The position numbers and the translations under genes are program-made. Of a DNA stretch of 64,000 nucleotides, positions 61,656 to 64,000 are shown in pieces; position 1 is the first letter of the stretch, and each line of letters begins with the position of its first letter. The stretch comes from an uncultured delta proteobacterium (GTDB lineage Bacteria > Desulfobacterota > Binatia > UBA9968). Location of the stretch: positions 480,001-544,000 of the forward strand of contig CAVUZH010000016.1 in NCBI GenBank assembly GCA_963745835.1, read 5' to 3'. Below the pieces are notes generated by a model. That model was not told the origin of the DNA and did no database searches. It worked only from the letters and a program-made list of their open reading frames with translations.

Positions 61656-61683
61656 TTGACTGAAAGTCTACTTTCGCTATAAT
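61656..61683 (+). promoter_or_regulatory. Sigma70 promoter of glmUS
   Basis: TTGACT-N16-TATAAT ending 11 nt before the glmU ATG. Confidence 0.7.
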
Positions 61684-61694
61684 CGATAATCATC

Positions 61695-63089
61695 ATGAAC
61701 GATATCGGCGTCATTGTTTTAGCGGCTGGACAAGGTACCCGGATGAAATCGGACATTCCTAAGGTGCTTCATCGCCTGGGCGGCTCGCCGTTATTTCTGC
61801 ACGCTTTACGGGCTGCGCAGCAATTAGAACCGTCCCGGATTGCGGTTATAGTCGGACATGGCGCCGCCGCTGTTCAACAGGCCTATTCGGGCGACGATCT
61901 ATCGTGGGTGATCCAGGAAAAACAGCTCGGCACCGCTCATGCGGTGCTGTGCGCCAAACCAACATTTCTTGGGTTTACAGGGGATATTCTAATCCTCAGC
62001 GGCGATGTTCCTTTGATCCATGAGAACACGTTAAAGCGACTGGTCGATCAGCACCGCGGGCAACAAGCAGCGGTAACGTTATTAACCGCAAAGCTAGAGG
62101 ATCCGAAAGGCTACGGCCGAATCGTACGGGATAATAAGCAACAGATTGCCCGTATCGTTGAAGAGAAAGACGCTTCGGATTTGCAAAAACAGATTCGTGA
62201 AGTGAACGCCGGGATCTATGTCGCTGCCGCGCCATTTCTTTTTCCTGCGTTGTCGCGCGTCAGCGATCACAATCGCCAGCGGGAGTACTATCTGCCCGAT
62301 ATCGTCGCGATCGCCTTGAGCGAAGGTCAAACCGTGGCAAACCTACAGGTCGATGATGCTCGTGAGATGATGGGCATCAACACTAGGGAGGAGCTCGCCC
62401 GCATGGAGAAGAGCTTACAAGAAGAGATAAACCGCAAATGGATGGCCCAAGGAGTCACCTTAAAGGACCCGACGACCACCTACATCGAACAGGGCGCGAC
62501 CATCGGCAAAGACACGGTCATCGGCCCGAACACTCATCTCTGCGGCACGACCTTGATCGGTGAGCGATGCCGTATTGACGGCAGCGCATATCTGACCGAC
62601 GCGCAGTTGGGTGACGAAGTTCATTTGCGTTTTTCCGTCGTCCTAACCAGCTGTCGAGTCGCTAACGGCGCAATCATTGGCCCGTTTGCCCATTTGCGTC
62701 CGGGCACGGACTTGGGCCGCAACGTTCATATCGGCAATTTCGTGGAAGCTAAAGAAGCCAGGCTCGGCGATGGCACCAAGGCTAATCATCTGACTTATCT
62801 CGGTGATGTGACGATAGGCCGCGATAGCAATATCGGCGCTGGCACGATCACCTGCAACTATGATGGATTTCAAAAATATAAAAGCAAAATCGGCGATCGC
62901 GTTCAGGTCGGTAGCGATTCGACGTTGGTCGCGCCGATCACTTTGGGTGATGACGTCTATGTCGCCACTGCGACCACGGTTCGTCATGACGTTCCCGACG
63001 GAGCTCTGGTCTTTAACGACAGGCAAGAGCGGCTTCGCGAAGGCTGGACCGAGCAAAAGCGCATGAAAATGAAAGGAACCAAAAAATAA
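61695..63089 (+). CDS. glmU: Bifunctional UDP-GlcNAc pyrophosphorylase / GlcN-1-P acetyltransferase
   Basis: LAAGQGTRMKS..PKVLH, QLGTAHA, GYGRIVR, EYYL.D, GPFAHLRP, GNFVE.K, GAGTITCNYDG. Confidence 0.98.
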   Translation: MNDIGVIVLAAGQGTRMKSDIPKVLHRLGGSPLFLHALRAAQQLEPSRIAVIVGHGAAAVQQAYSGDDLSWVIQEKQLGTAHAVLCAKPTFLGFTGDILILSGDVPLIHENTLKRLVDQHRGQQAAVTLLTAKLEDPKGYGRIVRDNKQQIARIVEEKDASDLQKQIREVNAGIYVAAAPFLFPALSRVSDHNRQREYYLPDIVAIALSEGQTVANLQVDDAREMMGINTREELARMEKSLQEEINRKWMAQGVTLKDPTTTYIEQGATIGKDTVIGPNTHLCGTTLIGERCRIDGSAYLTDAQLGDEVHLRFSVVLTSCRVANGAIIGPFAHLRPGTDLGRNVHIGNFVEAKEARLGDGTKANHLTYLGDVTIGRDSNIGAGTITCNYDGFQKYKSKIGDRVQVGSDSTLVAPITLGDDVYVATATTVRHDVPDGALVFNDRQERLREGWTEQKRMKMKGTKK

Positions 63090-64000
63090 TGTGCGGTATT
63101 GTCGGATATATCGGCAGTCGCGACGCGGCGCCATTGATTTTGGAAAGCCTTCGAAAGCTCGAGTACCGGGGTTACGATTCGGCTGGCATTGCGGTTCTCA
63201 ACCACGGTGAGGTGGCGATTCGCCGCTGCGAAGGCAAACTGACCAATCTGGCAACCCTGCTCGGCCGGCAACCTATGTCGGGCCCGGTCGGCATCGGTCA
63301 TACACGCTGGGCAACTCACGGCCGTCCTTCAGAAACCAACGCTCACCCGCATCGCGCCGGGGACGTGGTCGTCGTTCATAACGGCATCATCGAGAATTAC
63401 TTGGAACTGAAAGAGCAGCTGACGAAGAGAGGAACTCACTTCAGTTCGGAAACCGACAGCGAAATCGTCGCTCATCTGGTCAGCGAAAAAATCGACAGGG
63501 GAATGGATTTCCTGGACGCGGTGCGCCGTACTTTGCGCGAAATCCGCGGCTCCTACGCCTTGCTGTTTCTCAATCGTCGAGATCCGCAGCGGCTCATCGT
63601 CGCGAAGAACTCCACGCCGATTGTTATTGGTTGGGGCGATGGCGAAACGTTCATCGCCTCCGACATCCCCGCGCTACTCGACTACACTCGCAAGGTGACG
63701 TTCCTGGAAGATGGGGAGATCGGCGAAGTGACCGTCGGTTCGTATCGTCTCTTTAACGGCACTGGTAAAGCCATTCGCCGTCCGGTCAAAGAGATCACCT
63801 GGGATGCGGTGGCGGCACGCAAGGGCGGCTACGCTCACTTCATGCTCAAGGAAATTCACGATCAGCCGAGGGCTTTAGCAGACACATTTCGCGGCCGCAT
63901 CTCATTGAAGAATGGTGACGTTTCTCTCGAGGGAATTCAATTAACTCAGAGCCAGGTGAAGGCCATCAAAAGAATTCATCTGGTTGCCTGCGGCACAGCC
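63089..64000 (+). CDS. glmS: Glutamine-fructose-6-phosphate transaminase, 5' part (runs off the window)
   Basis: MCGIVGY, LEYRGYDSAG, GHTRWATHG, NAHPH, VHNGIIENY, SETDSE, KGGY.HFMLKEI; TAATG coupling to glmU. Confidence 0.97.
   Translation, partial: MCGIVGYIGSRDAAPLILESLRKLEYRGYDSAGIAVLNHGEVAIRRCEGKLTNLATLLGRQPMSGPVGIGHTRWATHGRPSETNAHPHRAGDVVVVHNGIIENYLELKEQLTKRGTHFSSETDSEIVAHLVSEKIDRGMDFLDAVRRTLREIRGSYALLFLNRRDPQRLIVAKNSTPIVIGWGDGETFIASDIPALLDYTRKVTFLEDGEIGEVTVGSYRLFNGTGKAIRRPVKEITWDAVAARKGGYAHFMLKEIHDQPRALADTFRGRISLKNGDVSLEGIQLTQSQVKAIKRIHLVACGTA

Noticed and set aside
63060-63095. glmS ribozyme
   Set aside because: The glmS start overlaps the glmU stop, so there is no leader.

Overview
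This is a 64-kb GC-rich bacterial chromosome segment. The many stand-alone NMT1/THI5-like binding proteins, the LLM, hydantoinase and M20 enzymes and the MITE family suggest a soil or sediment deltaproteobacteria-like lineage such as Ca. Binatia; that is inference only. About a dozen otherwise intact genes carry single-base frameshifts, most likely long-read consensus errors. Main blocks: (1) an nfeD-floA-yqfB-like operon among gene remnants (1-4300). (2) A Rieske / cytochrome b6 / subunit IV / unannotated 55-aa membrane protein / membrane-anchored octaheme cytochrome c / cupredoxin-like operon with terminator (7020-13175). (3) ispF, transporters, an atypical M20 enzyme, an acetylene-hydratase-like Mo/W enzyme, a His-rich YVTN propeller, an actP-like module and several ABC binding proteins. 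(4) A metal(loid) island (39.8-47.95 kb) with arsR-arsI-arsC-aquaporin, a decayed type ISP/IIG restriction-modification gene and an unannotated UxxC selenocysteine glutaredoxin with a SECIS-like hairpin. (5) A hydantoinase A/B operon with an apparently fused acetone-carboxylase gamma domain, then livHMGF, asmA, yihY, glmU and the 5' part of glmS. Non-coding highlights are two diverged copies of a ~170-nt long-hairpin element (38191-38359 and 53487-53659), two MITE-like elements and a 9-nt periodic TTGAAC repeat. I saw no rRNA, tRNA or CRISPR array.
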